Shown here: positions 55,302 to 63,694 of the stretch, one piece after another | Layout of the letters: each line of letters starts with the position of its first letter | How positions within the stretch are numbered: the first letter of the stretch is position 1 | Assembly: GCA_016181965.1 (NCBI GenBank) | Contig: JACOYH010000003.1 | Coordinates: 129,013-193,012, forward strand | Reading direction: 5' to 3' | Origin: Candidatus Nealsonbacteria bacterium | GTDB taxonomy: Bacteria; Patescibacteriota; Minisyncoccia; Minisyncoccales; MHMH01 | Length of the DNA stretch: 64,000 nt | Notes under the pieces: generated by a model | The model's input: the letters and a program-made list of their open reading frames with translations, nothing else | Told to the model about the DNA's origin: nothing | Databases searched by the model: none | Translations under genes and position numbers: made by a program

Positions 55302-56288
55302 ATGTACGACGTTGTTACTTTCGGATCGGCCACCAGGGATATTTTAGTGAAACCAAAAACCGCCGTTGCCCGCGATGGTTTTTGCTTACCGGTAGGGGCT
55401 AAGGTTGAAATTGATAATCTGGTTCTGTCTTCGGGAGGCGGCGGAACCAATACGGCCGCCACCTTCGCTAAACAGGGTTTTTTTACGGCTTTCTGCGGCA
55501 TGGTGGGCGATGATTTAGCTGGGGCAGCCATTATAGAAGAGTTAAAGAAGCTGGGTGTAGGCGCCGGCATGGTTAAAAAGAATGCCAATAAGGCAACGAA
55601 TCATTCAATTGTTTTGGCGCCTGAGGGTATTGACCGAACAATATTGGTTTGGCGGGGAGCTTCTGATTTTCTTCAAAAAAAAGACATTCCTTGGCAGGCA
55701 ATAAAAGAGAGCCGTTGGTTTTACTTGGCTCCTTTCGCAAAGACCCTTTCAAATATGACCGGAACATTGATAAATTTCGCGCATAAAAATAAAATTAAAA
55801 TTGCCATGAATCCCGGATACGACCAGCTAAGCTTCCCCGAAAAAAAAATAGCAGGAATGCTGAAGAAAGTTGATGTGTTAATAATCAATCGGGAAGAAGC
55901 CGGTAAATTGACAGGCATAAACCATCAAAATGAGGAAGATATTTTTCGAAAATTAGACGAGATGGCCGGTGGCATTGTGATTATGACAAAAGGCAAGGAA
56001 GGGGCGGTCGCTTCCGATGGGCAATATCTTTACCGGGCGCCGATTCTTGAAAAAAAAGTAGTTGACCGAACGGGAGCCGGCGATAGTTTTGGCTCGGGTT
56101 TTGTGGCCGGCCTGATACATGAAAAGGGCAATATTGAGAAAGCCCTGCAATTGGCCGTAGCTAATTCGGCGTTCTGCTTAAGCAAAAGCGGCGCTAAGGA
56201 GGGTCTTTTAATAAAAGGGCAAAAGTACGCGCGAGTGAAGATAGGCAGACAACAATGCCAAGGTACAAAATACTGCAAAATCAAATGA
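55302..56288 (+). CDS. PfkB-family carbohydrate kinase
   Basis: GGGGTNTA, C-terminal VDRTGAGDSFGSGF motif. Confidence 0.85.
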   Translation: MYDVVTFGSATRDILVKPKTAVARDGFCLPVGAKVEIDNLVLSSGGGGTNTAATFAKQGFFTAFCGMVGDDLAGAAIIEELKKLGVGAGMVKKNANKATNHSIVLAPEGIDRTILVWRGASDFLQKKDIPWQAIKESRWFYLAPFAKTLSNMTGTLINFAHKNKIKIAMNPGYDQLSFPEKKIAGMLKKVDVLIINREEAGKLTGINHQNEEDIFRKLDEMAGGIVIMTKGKEGAVASDGQYLYRAPILEKKVVDRTGAGDSFGSGFVAGLIHEKGNIEKALQLAVANSAFCLSKSGAKEGLLIKGQKYARVKIGRQQCQGTKYCKIK

Positions 56289-57055
56289 CCGCTCTCGGGA
56301 ATTATTTAAAAAAAGCCGAAAAAGAGAAATGGGCCATCGGGCAATTCAATTTCTACAACCCCGATCAGTTGTCAGCTATAATTGAGACCGCAAGAAAGCT
56401 GAAAAGCCCGATTATTTTGGGCAGTTCCGAGCGCCAAAATAAAGTGTTTGGTTTGGAGCAAACCGTAGCTCTCGTAACGGAGCAAAAGAAAAAATTTCGG
56501 CACCCTTTCTTTTTGCATCTTGACCACAGCCATTCTTTCGACTATATTAAGATGGCGATTGATGCGGGGTATGATTCTATTCATTTTGACGGCTCTCATC
56601 TGCCCCTAGATGAAAATATCAATGAAGCCAAAAAAATAGTTAAATATGCGAAAGAAAATGGCTTGCCGGTAGAGGGTGAAATAGAAGCGATTAAAGCTGT
56701 CGGAGTTAGCGCGGGCATTATGACCAATCCAGCGAAAGCCCGCCAATTTCTAAAAGAAAGCCACGTAGATACCTTGGCGGTTAATATAGGCAATTTCCAC
56801 GGCATAAGCGCATCGGGCGTCAATCCGAAACTGGATTTAGAGCGACTTAAAAAAATTAAAGAAGCAGTCGGCGAGTTTCCCTTAGTGCTGCATGGCGGTT
56901 CAGGTATTCGCCCCGCGGATATTAAAGAAGCCATAAAATGGGGGATAGCTAAAATCAATATCGCCACCGAAATCAGGCAAGCGAAAGGCCTTACGGAAGT
57001 TAAAAAAGTCGTTGAAAAGAAAATTATGTTATTTGGAAGTCACAATAAGGCCTAA
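56285..57055 (+). CDS. fba: class II fructose-bisphosphate aldolase family protein
   Basis: ORF 56255..57055, ATG at 56285 (ATGA overlap). FLHLDHS, HFDGS, LVLHGGSG. Confidence 0.8.
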   Translation: MTALGNYLKKAEKEKWAIGQFNFYNPDQLSAIIETARKLKSPIILGSSERQNKVFGLEQTVALVTEQKKKFRHPFFLHLDHSHSFDYIKMAIDAGYDSIHFDGSHLPLDENINEAKKIVKYAKENGLPVEGEIEAIKAVGVSAGIMTNPAKARQFLKESHVDTLAVNIGNFHGISASGVNPKLDLERLKKIKEAVGEFPLVLHGGSGIRPADIKEAIKWGIAKINIATEIRQAKGLTEVKKVVEKKIMLFGSHNKA

Positions 57056-57056
57056 T

Positions 57057-57269
57057 ATGCCAAAGATTATATTAGAAAGAGAAAAATGCATTGGCTGCGG
57101 CGCTTGCGAAGCCGTTTGCCCCGAATATTGGCGAATGGCAGATGACGGCAAAACGAATTTGATAGGGGCTGAAAAACAAGGCGAGAATGAAATTTTAGAG
57201 GTCAGGAAAGCAGCTGGCAATAAAGACGCCGCCGAAGCTTGCCCCGTGCAATGCATACTTATTAAATAA
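57057..57269 (+). CDS. ferredoxin
   Basis: ORF 57012..57269, ATG at 57057. CIGCGACEAVCP plus a distal C...CP. 70 aa. Confidence 0.8.
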   Translation: MPKIILEREKCIGCGACEAVCPEYWRMADDGKTNLIGAEKQGENEILEVRKAAGNKDAAEACPVQCILIK

Positions 57270-57272
57270 AAC

Positions 57273-57920
57273 ATGCTTACCTTAATTGCGAAAACTAGAA
57301 AAATAATCGGTAAAAAAACGAAAGGTCTTCGTCAAAAAGGCCTCTTGCCGGCTGTTTTATACGGACCAAAAACTAAAAGCCAGCCCATAGAAGTGAATAT
57401 TAAGGATTTTGAGAATGCTTACAGAAATGCCGGAGAGAGCTCCTTGATTTCTTTAGAAGTTGAAGGACGCAAGCACCTTGTGTTGATTCATGATTTGGCC
57501 AAGGATCCGGTTAGCGGTTTGCCTATGCATGTTGACTTCTATCAGCCAGACCTCGAGAAAAAGATCGAGGCCCAGGTGCCTATTTTACTGGAAGGAGAAG
57601 CGCCGGCAGTTAAGACACTCGGTGGAACCTTATATAAGAATATCTCCGAAATTCATGTAAAAGCGCTTCCGCAAAATCTGCCAAAAGAAATTAGAGTGGA
57701 TATTAGCGGATTATCTACTTTTGAAGACCACATTAAGGTAAGGGACTTAGCGGTGTCGGAAGGCGTGGAGATTTTGAGAGAGCCGGAAGAAATTGTGGTT
57801 TCGATTTCCGCTCCCGAAAAAGTTGAGGAAGAACTAGAGAAACCAATCGAGGAGAAAGTTGAAGAAGTTGAAAAGGTTAAAAAAGAAAAGAAAGAAGAAA
57901 TTGCAGAAGAACAAGAATAA
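57273..57920 (+). CDS. rplY: 50S ribosomal protein L25/Ctc with acidic C-terminal tail
   Basis: KGLRQKGLLPAVLYG...HVDFYQ. Glu/Lys-rich tail. Confidence 0.9.
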   Translation: MLTLIAKTRKIIGKKTKGLRQKGLLPAVLYGPKTKSQPIEVNIKDFENAYRNAGESSLISLEVEGRKHLVLIHDLAKDPVSGLPMHVDFYQPDLEKKIEAQVPILLEGEAPAVKTLGGTLYKNISEIHVKALPQNLPKEIRVDISGLSTFEDHIKVRDLAVSEGVEILREPEEIVVSISAPEKVEEELEKPIEEKVEEVEKVKKEKKEEIAEEQE

Positions 57921-57948
57921 TAATTTAATCTCGCTATCTCGCATAAAG

Positions 57949-59253
57949 ATGCTCTTCGCCGTCCTTTTGGCCTCGGCTTTGATTTTACCGGGGCTTTTTG
58001 TTTTCGCTGCATTGTCTCCTTCCGAGGAGCGGACGCAGTTGGAAGAGGAATTAAAAAAACTCGAGGAGCAAATTGCCGCATACGACCAAAAATTAGACAT
58101 GAGCGCAAAAGAAAAGAAGACCCTGGAAAACAGAATTTACACGCTAAGAAATACAATTAAGAAATTAGATCTCCAGATTTACCAAAGCAATATACTCATT
58201 GATGATTTGGGGTTGCAAATTGACGATACCGAAGAATCCATAGAACAAACAACCTTGCAGATTGAGAAGGCAAGAGATCGTCTCGCGCTTATTATCCGCA
58301 CAATCGACGAGGAAGATCAGCGGCCTCTTCTTGGCGTGCTCCTATCAGAGGGCTTTTCCGAATTTTTTGACAATCTGGCGTCTTTGGAGGCCTTAAATAT
58401 TGATAATCAAAAACTTTTAGAGGATATAAAGTCCATGAAGATTTATCTTGAAGACGAAAAGGCCTCGTTAGACGAAGAACGAGAGGGCATGGAAAAACAA
58501 GTAACCGTTCAGACGCTGCAGAGACAACAGTCCGCCTCTGCTAAATCAGAAGAAGAACGATTACTTCGGCTTACAGAAGCCGAATATCAAAAATTTCTCA
58601 AGCAACGAGAGCAAACCCAGCTTCAAGCGCAGCAAATCCGTTCGAGGATATTCGAATTAATCGGCGTGCCCGAAGCCCCCACCTTTGGCGAGGCGTATGA
58701 AATAGCAAAATTTGTGGGAACAGCTACGGGGGTTCGTCCCGCTCTTGTGCTCGCTGTTCTAACGCAAGAATCAAATATAGGGAAAAATGTCGGCCAGTGT
58801 TATCTGAAGGTGCCATCAACCGGAGCCGGCGTGGTGGCCTATAATGGAAAGCAAATTGATAGAGTGATGAACCCGACAAGAGATGTTCCTCATTTTCTTA
58901 AAATTACAGCAAGTTCGGGCCGCGATCCGTACAGCACTCCGGTTTCTTGCCCAATGAGCATTGGTTGGGGAGGGGCGATGGGGCCAGCTCAATTTATTCC
59001 TTCAACTTGGGCATTATACGAACAGAAAATCGCTGCTGCCGCTGGCCACACGCCAGACCCTTGGAACATCGCCGACGCGTTTATGGCATCTGGTTTATAC
59101 TTAAAGGACTTAGGCGCTCAATCTAACGAATTTAACGCCGTAATGAAATATTTCTCGGGAGCCAGTTGGTCTAAATGGGAGGAATTTTACGGCAGATCGG
59201 TACTATCCATCGCCACTCAGTACGAATCCGACATCGCCGAACTCGAAAAATAA
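57949..59253 (+). CDS. secreted coiled-coil protein with C-terminal lysozyme-like/lytic-transglycosylase-like domain
   Basis: ORF 57859..59253, ATG at 57949 (signal peptide MLFAVLLASALILPGLFVFA). Long coiled coil. LAVLTQESNIGKNVGQC ... GPAQFIPSTW. Confidence 0.6.
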   Translation: MLFAVLLASALILPGLFVFAALSPSEERTQLEEELKKLEEQIAAYDQKLDMSAKEKKTLENRIYTLRNTIKKLDLQIYQSNILIDDLGLQIDDTEESIEQTTLQIEKARDRLALIIRTIDEEDQRPLLGVLLSEGFSEFFDNLASLEALNIDNQKLLEDIKSMKIYLEDEKASLDEEREGMEKQVTVQTLQRQQSASAKSEEERLLRLTEAEYQKFLKQREQTQLQAQQIRSRIFELIGVPEAPTFGEAYEIAKFVGTATGVRPALVLAVLTQESNIGKNVGQCYLKVPSTGAGVVAYNGKQIDRVMNPTRDVPHFLKITASSGRDPYSTPVSCPMSIGWGGAMGPAQFIPSTWALYEQKIAAAAGHTPDPWNIADAFMASGLYLKDLGAQSNEFNAVMKYFSGASWSKWEEFYGRSVLSIATQYESDIAELEK

Positions 59254-59274
59254 AAATAAAATAAAGCCACAAAG

Positions 59275-59297
59275 ATACACCGGTTCAACCGGTGTAT
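59275..59297. repeat. REP palindrome copy (loop TCA)
   Basis: ATACACCGGT-TCA-ACCGGTGTAT, 21 nt upstream of the RAYT ATG. Confidence 0.9.
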
Positions 59298-59306
59298 TGA
59301 TTATCC

Positions 59307-59312
59307 TATCAT
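59307..59312 (+). promoter_or_regulatory. -10 TATCAT, 6 nt upstream of RAYT ATG
   Basis: TATCAT, agaaca, then ATG 59319. Confidence 0.35.
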
Positions 59313-59318
59313 AGAACA

Positions 59319-60032
59319 ATGAAACGTCCAAAGTTTGCTAACGGCGAATTTTATCATATTTATAACAGGGGAGTAGAGAAAAGAAATATCTTTCAGCAGA
59401 TTTCTGATTATTTTCGATTTATTTCCTGTTTATATGAACTAAACGATAAAAAATTAATTAAAATGCGTGATCGTTTCGATGAACGTCAAAAAAGTAAATA
59501 CACCGGTTCAACCGGTGTATCTCGGGAACCGCTACTAGAGATTGTAGTATTTTGCCTAATGCCAAATCATTACCATTTAATTGTGCGTCAATTGGCAGAT
59601 GGAGGAATTTCACTTTTCATGAAAAAATTATCAAATGGTTATACCGGATACTTTAATGAAAAATATCATAGAAAGGGGATCGGGTCATTATTCCAGGGAC
59701 GCTTTAAAGCTGTACATGTAAAAAATAATAGGCAGTTGATGGCTTTAGTGTGTTATATTTTTACTAACCCCGTTGAATTAATGGAAAAAAATTGGAAAGA
59801 GAGAGGAGTGAAAGATTTTAAGAAAACTATTAAATTTTTAAAATCTTATCGTTGGTCCAGTTATTTAGACTATATTGGAATACCAAATTTTTCATCTGTA
59901 ACGAAAAGAAATTTTGTAACAGAATTTTTCGGCGGACCTGATAAGATACAAAAAGCCGTGGAAGATTGGATTCTTTATAAAACAGAACTCAATAGTGGTT
60001 TAGGGGGAATAGGAAGTATGGTTTTAGATTAA
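59319..60032 (+). CDS. IS200-like Y1 (HUH) transposase, RAYT type
   Basis: GEFYHIYNRGVEKRNIF, HUH block MPNHYHLIV, YRWSSYLDY (Tyr region). Very AT-rich gene. Confidence 0.85.
   Translation: MKRPKFANGEFYHIYNRGVEKRNIFQQISDYFRFISCLYELNDKKLIKMRDRFDERQKSKYTGSTGVSREPLLEIVVFCLMPNHYHLIVRQLADGGISLFMKKLSNGYTGYFNEKYHRKGIGSLFQGRFKAVHVKNNRQLMALVCYIFTNPVELMEKNWKERGVKDFKKTIKFLKSYRWSSYLDYIGIPNFSSVTKRNFVTEFFGGPDKIQKAVEDWILYKTELNSGLGGIGSMVLD
59498..59520. repeat. REP palindrome copy inside the RAYT coding sequence
   Basis: The same 23-mer, read in frame: with the flanking codons it encodes KYTGSTGVS. Confidence 0.9.
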
Positions 60033-60033
60033 A

Positions 60034-60070
60034 ATACACCGGTTAAAATACACCGGTTCAACCGGTGTAT
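60034..60070. repeat. REP half-site plus full REP copy
   Basis: ATACACCGGTT (60034-60044), then ATACACCGGTTCAACCGGTGTAT (60048-60070). Confidence 0.9.
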
Positions 60071-60090
60071 TTTGGGTTGATAGTGGAAAG

Positions 60091-60126
60091 AAAAAAGCGG
60101 CTTTGCCCTTTGGGACGGGTGCCGCT
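60091..60126 (-). terminator. terminator of pyrF (minus strand)
   Basis: Stem AGCGGC...GCCGCT. On the minus strand it is followed by TTTTTT. Confidence 0.5.
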
Positions 60127-60140
60127 AAACCCTTTTTTAT

Positions 60141-60869
60141 TCAGCTCTTTTCTGCAAGAGCCGATGCGATTTCTTCCGCGATCTTCTTGGCCGCGTCTAC
60201 GGGCGTTCCTATTTCAGTAGGTGGCTTTGTAATTGGGCGACCGATGACCAGAGCCGTTGCGCCGGCTTTGATTGCTTCTGTCGGAGTCATGATGCGCTTC
60301 TGATCACCGGCCGCCGCCCATTCAGGACGAACACCGGGTGTAATTTTCATTAGACCAGCAAGTTCTTTTTGTTTGCCGAGGAGTTCGAGCTCTTGGGGCG
60401 AACAGATGATTCCGTCGCAGCCAGCTATTTTTGCGTCTCGCGTTAGCTGCAAAACTTTCGCCTTGCTCGGCGCGCCGAAGATCAAATGAGCATTGTTCTC
60501 CTCAAGTGAGGTGAGAACAGTGACCGCGAGGACGAGCGATCGTCCCTTATTGGCAACAGCGGCCATCATTGCCTCAACGCCTGCCGAGGCGTGAACGTTG
60601 AACATTGTGACGTTCAATCCGGCGACTGCTTTGGCCGCGCCACCGACCGTGTTGGGAATGTCGTCGAACTTGCCGTCGTAGAAGACCTTTCCACCGAACG
60701 AATGGACGAACTCAACGACTTTAGGGGCCCCAATGGCTGTGAGTAATTCCAGTCCCACCTTGAAGCATCCGACATATGGTGCAAGGCCCGCCACTATGTG
60801 CATGGCCTTGTCCAGACCGTCTACGTCCAAGGCGACGATAATCCTGTCTTTTGCAGTTGTTGCTTCCAC
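60141..60869 (-). CDS. pyrF: orotidine 5'-phosphate decarboxylase
   Basis: IVALDV..., FKVG, DGKFDDIPNTV, LVIGRPI. GTG start 6 nt after AGGAGG. GC-rich. Confidence 0.9.
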   Translation of the reverse strand: MEATTAKDRIIVALDVDGLDKAMHIVAGLAPYVGCFKVGLELLTAIGAPKVVEFVHSFGGKVFYDGKFDDIPNTVGGAAKAVAGLNVTMFNVHASAGVEAMMAAVANKGRSLVLAVTVLTSLEENNAHLIFGAPSKAKVLQLTRDAKIAGCDGIICSPQELELLGKQKELAGLMKITPGVRPEWAAAGDQKRIMTPTEAIKAGATALVIGRPITKPPTEIGTPVDAAKKIAEEIASALAEKS

Positions 60870-60971
60870 GGCTGTGCCTCCTTAGGTTTATTTTTTTAAG
60901 GTATAAACCTACACTACACCAAATCAAGAGGAAGTAAAGAGTTCGCGCAACTAAAGATACGGAGATTGCGA

Positions 60972-60994
60972 ATACACCGGTTGAACCGGTGTAT
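60972..60994. repeat. REP palindrome copy, flipped loop (TGA), nested in a larger imperfect palindrome
   Basis: ATACACCGGT-TGA-ACCGGTGTAT, with outer arms AAAGATAC (60953-60960) and GTATCTTT (61007-61014). Confidence 0.9.
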
Positions 60995-61015
60995 TTTGGA
61001 GTTCGTGTATCTTTT

Positions 61016-62086
61016 TTATTTTGTTTCTGATGAGGAGGTGGCTTTCTCGGAGACGGCTTTTAGCAATGGATCGAGATTGCCGTTCATGATTGATTCAATA
61101 TCGTGGAAGTTTTCCTTTATCCGATGGTCGGTGACCCTGTCTTGCGGAAAGTTGTAGGTTCTTATTTTGTCGGCTCTTTGGGCGCGTTTAATTTGCGCTT
61201 TTCGGGTTTCACCCATTTTTTCCATCTCTTGTTCTTCTTGCATCTCTTTGAGTTTAGCCGAGAGGATTGCCATGGCATTTTCCTTGTTTTGCTGAAGATT
61301 TCTCTCGGTTTGAGAAGCCACGGCAAGTCCGGAAGGCAGGTGGACAATTCTGACTGCGGTCATTCGTTTGTTGACATTTTGTCCGCCGGGACCTCCCGAT
61401 TTTGAGATCTCTATTTTCAAATCGTTGGGATTAATTCTGAACTCCGTGGCTTTTGGTTTTGGCAGTACGGCGACAGACGCGGTGGAGGTGTGCACACGCC
61501 CGGCTTTTTCGGTATGGGGAATCCTTTGCACCCGGTGAACTCCGCCTTCGTATTGCATTTTTTCAAAAACATCTCCGCCCCTGCCGGCTAACTCAAAAGT
61601 AATCTGCTTAAAACCGCCCAACTCCGTGGGTTGTGAATCGAGGGTATTTATTTTCCATCCCTGGCTGGCTGCATATCTTGAATACATTCTGTAGAGGTCG
61701 GCAGCGAAGAGCGAGGCCTCGTCTCCGCCGGCTCCAGCTCTTATTTCAACAATAACCGAGCTGATTTGACTCGTTTTTCTGCTTTCCCCGGTAAAAATTT
61801 CTTCTAATTCCTTCTCGGTTTGTTTTAATTTTTCCTGAAGTTGCACCAGTTCGGTCTCGGCTAAAGATAAAAGTTCCCGGTCTTCCTGCGCTTTTATAAT
61901 TTCTTTGTTTTCTGCAATTTTATTGCGTATTTCCTCAATTTCTTCGTGCTTTTGGATTATTTTTTCCAGATGGGCTTTCTTTTTAGAGAGCTCCTCCATT
62001 TTTTGCCAATCCGAAATTAACTCAGGGTCACTAAGCTCGTTGAGCACCGCTTGATATTCATTTTTTATCTCCTCAATACTCACCAT
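61016..62086 (-). CDS. prfA: peptide chain release factor 1
   Basis: GGPGGQNVNK (GGQ), RVQRIPHTEKAGRVHTS (PxT-type tripeptide). Confidence 0.95.
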   Translation of the reverse strand: MVSIEEIKNEYQAVLNELSDPELISDWQKMEELSKKKAHLEKIIQKHEEIEEIRNKIAENKEIIKAQEDRELLSLAETELVQLQEKLKQTEKELEEIFTGESRKTSQISSVIVEIRAGAGGDEASLFAADLYRMYSRYAASQGWKINTLDSQPTELGGFKQITFELAGRGGDVFEKMQYEGGVHRVQRIPHTEKAGRVHTSTASVAVLPKPKATEFRINPNDLKIEISKSGGPGGQNVNKRMTAVRIVHLPSGLAVASQTERNLQQNKENAMAILSAKLKEMQEEQEMEKMGETRKAQIKRAQRADKIRTYNFPQDRVTDHRIKENFHDIESIMNGNLDPLLKAVSEKATSSSETK

Positions 62087-62092
62087 CTCGAA

Positions 62093-62302
62093 TTATCGGC
62101 TCTTTTTGGCAAGCCGCTTCCTGTATTTCTCAACGCGTCCCATGCTGTCAATCACCTTTTCTTTGCCAGTGTAGAGCGGGTGGCAGGCGGAACAAATTTC
62201 CACATCAATAAGTTCCTTAGTTGAGCCCACGCTAAAATTGGCGCCGCAGGCGCATTGAACTTTTGCCTTGTTGTAGTATTTAGGATGAATGTCTTTCTTC
62301 AT
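62093..62302 (-). CDS. rpmE: 50S ribosomal protein L31
   Basis: [10 protein letters not shown]...CACG...[11 protein letters not shown]. Confidence 0.95.
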   Translation of the reverse strand: MKKDIHPKYYNKAKVQCACGANFSVGSTKELIDVEICSACHPLYTGKEKVIDSMGRVEKYRKRLAKKSR

Positions 62303-62309
62303 GTTTTTT

Positions 62310-62318
62310 AATATAACA
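62310..62318 (-). promoter_or_regulatory. extended -10 TGtTATATT, 7 nt upstream of rpmE ATG (minus strand)
   Basis: Reverse complement of 62310-62318 is TGTTATATT, then aaaaaac, then ATG at 62302. Confidence 0.45.
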
Positions 62319-62368
62319 TGTTGCGGTAATTTAGTAAATATGATAGACTAAAAATCGAGTTAAAATTT

Positions 62369-63115
62369 ATGTCGGAAAACAAACAAACCAATAAAGAAAT
62401 CAAGACGAGCGATTTTAAATTGGACACGGAGGAAATGGCTAAAGCCGGCGTTCACTTCGGACACAAAACATCCAAGGTGCATCCCAAAATGCAGCCATAC
62501 CTATTTGGCTCGCGAAATAGCATCCACATTCTTGATTTAGATAAAACAAAGCAAAAATTTGCCGAGGCCCTTGATTTTGTAAAACAGATCATAGGCGAGG
62601 GCAAGGTTTTGCTTCTTGTGGGCACTAAAGTTCAAACAAAGGGTTTGCTGCAGAAAACCGCAAAAGAGTGCGGCCTGCCCTACGTGTCGGAGCGCTGGCT
62701 CGGGGGAACTTTTACCAATTTTCAATCCATCCAAAAAAGGATAGAATACTATAAGAACCTTGAGCGGCAAAAGGAAGATGGAGAGTGGGAGAAATACACT
62801 AAAAAGGAAAGGGCTCAGCTTGAAAAAGAACTCGCCCGGCTTACGATTAAATTCGAAGGCATCAGGAATCTTAACCGAATGCCAGATGCGATATTCGTTT
62901 GCGATATGAAAAAGGACGAACTCGCCGTTAAAGAAGCAAAGGACAGACGCATCAAAATTATCGCAGTTGCCGACACCAATGTAAATCCGGCTGATGCGGA
63001 CTATCCGATTCCCGCCAACGACGACGCGTTTTCATCGCTTGAATATCTACTCGAAAAACTCAAAGAAGTAGTGCTAAAAAATAAGCCAAAAGAAAAAGAA
63101 GAAAAAAATGGCTGA
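62369..63115 (+). CDS. rpsB: 30S ribosomal protein S2
   Basis: MAKAGVHFGHKTSKVHPKM...ERWLGGTFTNF. Confidence 0.95.
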   Translation: MSENKQTNKEIKTSDFKLDTEEMAKAGVHFGHKTSKVHPKMQPYLFGSRNSIHILDLDKTKQKFAEALDFVKQIIGEGKVLLLVGTKVQTKGLLQKTAKECGLPYVSERWLGGTFTNFQSIQKRIEYYKNLERQKEDGEWEKYTKKERAQLEKELARLTIKFEGIRNLNRMPDAIFVCDMKKDELAVKEAKDRRIKIIAVADTNVNPADADYPIPANDDAFSSLEYLLEKLKEVVLKNKPKEKEEKNG

Positions 63116-63692
63116 TATTGAGCAGGTAAAAAAACTTAGGGAGGAAACCGGCGTTTCTGTGAGCGAATGCAAAATGGCTTTGGACGAAGCTAGAGGAGAG
63201 TTGGAGAAAGCCAAGGAAATTTTACGGAAAAAGGGAGTGGAATTGGCCGGCAAGCGATCGGGCCGAGCAGCTGCCCAAGGCATGGTTGAAAGCTATATTC
63301 ACCCCAACAAAAGGGTAGGCGTTTTGTTGGAACTTCGCTGCGAATCCGATTTTGTTGCCCGATCTGCCGAATTTCAAAAACTAGCCCACGATATTTGTTT
63401 GCAGATTGCCGCGATGAAGCCGATTTTTATCGGCGAAGATATGATTCCCGATGAGTTTATTGACGGAGAGCGAAAGATTTATCGCGAGCAGTTTGCCGGC
63501 TCCGGCAAGCCGGAGAAAATAGTTGAACAAATCATTGAGGGCAAACTTTCGAAATACAAACAAGAGGTCTCGCTTTTGTCGCAGCCGTGGATAAAAGATC
63601 CGCAAAAAACCATTAAACTTTTGCTTGATGAGGCCATGGCCGCAATAGGCGAAAATATCATTGTTAAGGCCTTTGCCCGCTACGAGATATAG
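63108..63692 (+). CDS. tsf: elongation factor Ts (short form)
   Basis: VKKLREETGVSVSECKMALDEARGELEKAKEILRKKG. Confidence 0.95.
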   Translation: MADIEQVKKLREETGVSVSECKMALDEARGELEKAKEILRKKGVELAGKRSGRAAAQGMVESYIHPNKRVGVLLELRCESDFVARSAEFQKLAHDICLQIAAMKPIFIGEDMIPDEFIDGERKIYREQFAGSGKPEKIVEQIIEGKLSKYKQEVSLLSQPWIKDPQKTIKLLLDEAMAAIGENIIVKAFARYEI

Positions 63693-63694
63693 AG

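Larger units (their letters stand above)
59275..60070 (+). mobile_element. RAYT (REP-associated tyrosine transposase) locus with flanking REP palindromes
   Basis: A Y1/HUH transposase gene tightly bracketed by ATACACCGGTTCAACCGGTGTAT copies at 59275 and 60048, plus one inside the CDS. Confidence 0.75.

Noticed and set aside
60103-60303. The plus-strand ORF 60103..60303 and the minus-strand ORF 60721..60927 near pyrF.
   Set aside because: Both overlap the well-supported pyrF CDS or its upstream region, in GC-rich sequence where spurious ORFs are expected. Neither has a motif.
61016-62086. A programmed +1 frameshift typical of release-factor genes.
   Set aside because: The gene is prfA (PxT-type, a single uninterrupted ORF). 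The frameshift is a feature of prfB.
62303-62368. A leaderless-type promoter for rpsB, like that of its divergent neighbour rpmE.
   Set aside because: The only -10-like hexamers are TAAAAT, 2 nt from the ATG (too close), and TATGAT, about 24 nt upstream. The geometry does not match, so I make no call for rpsB.
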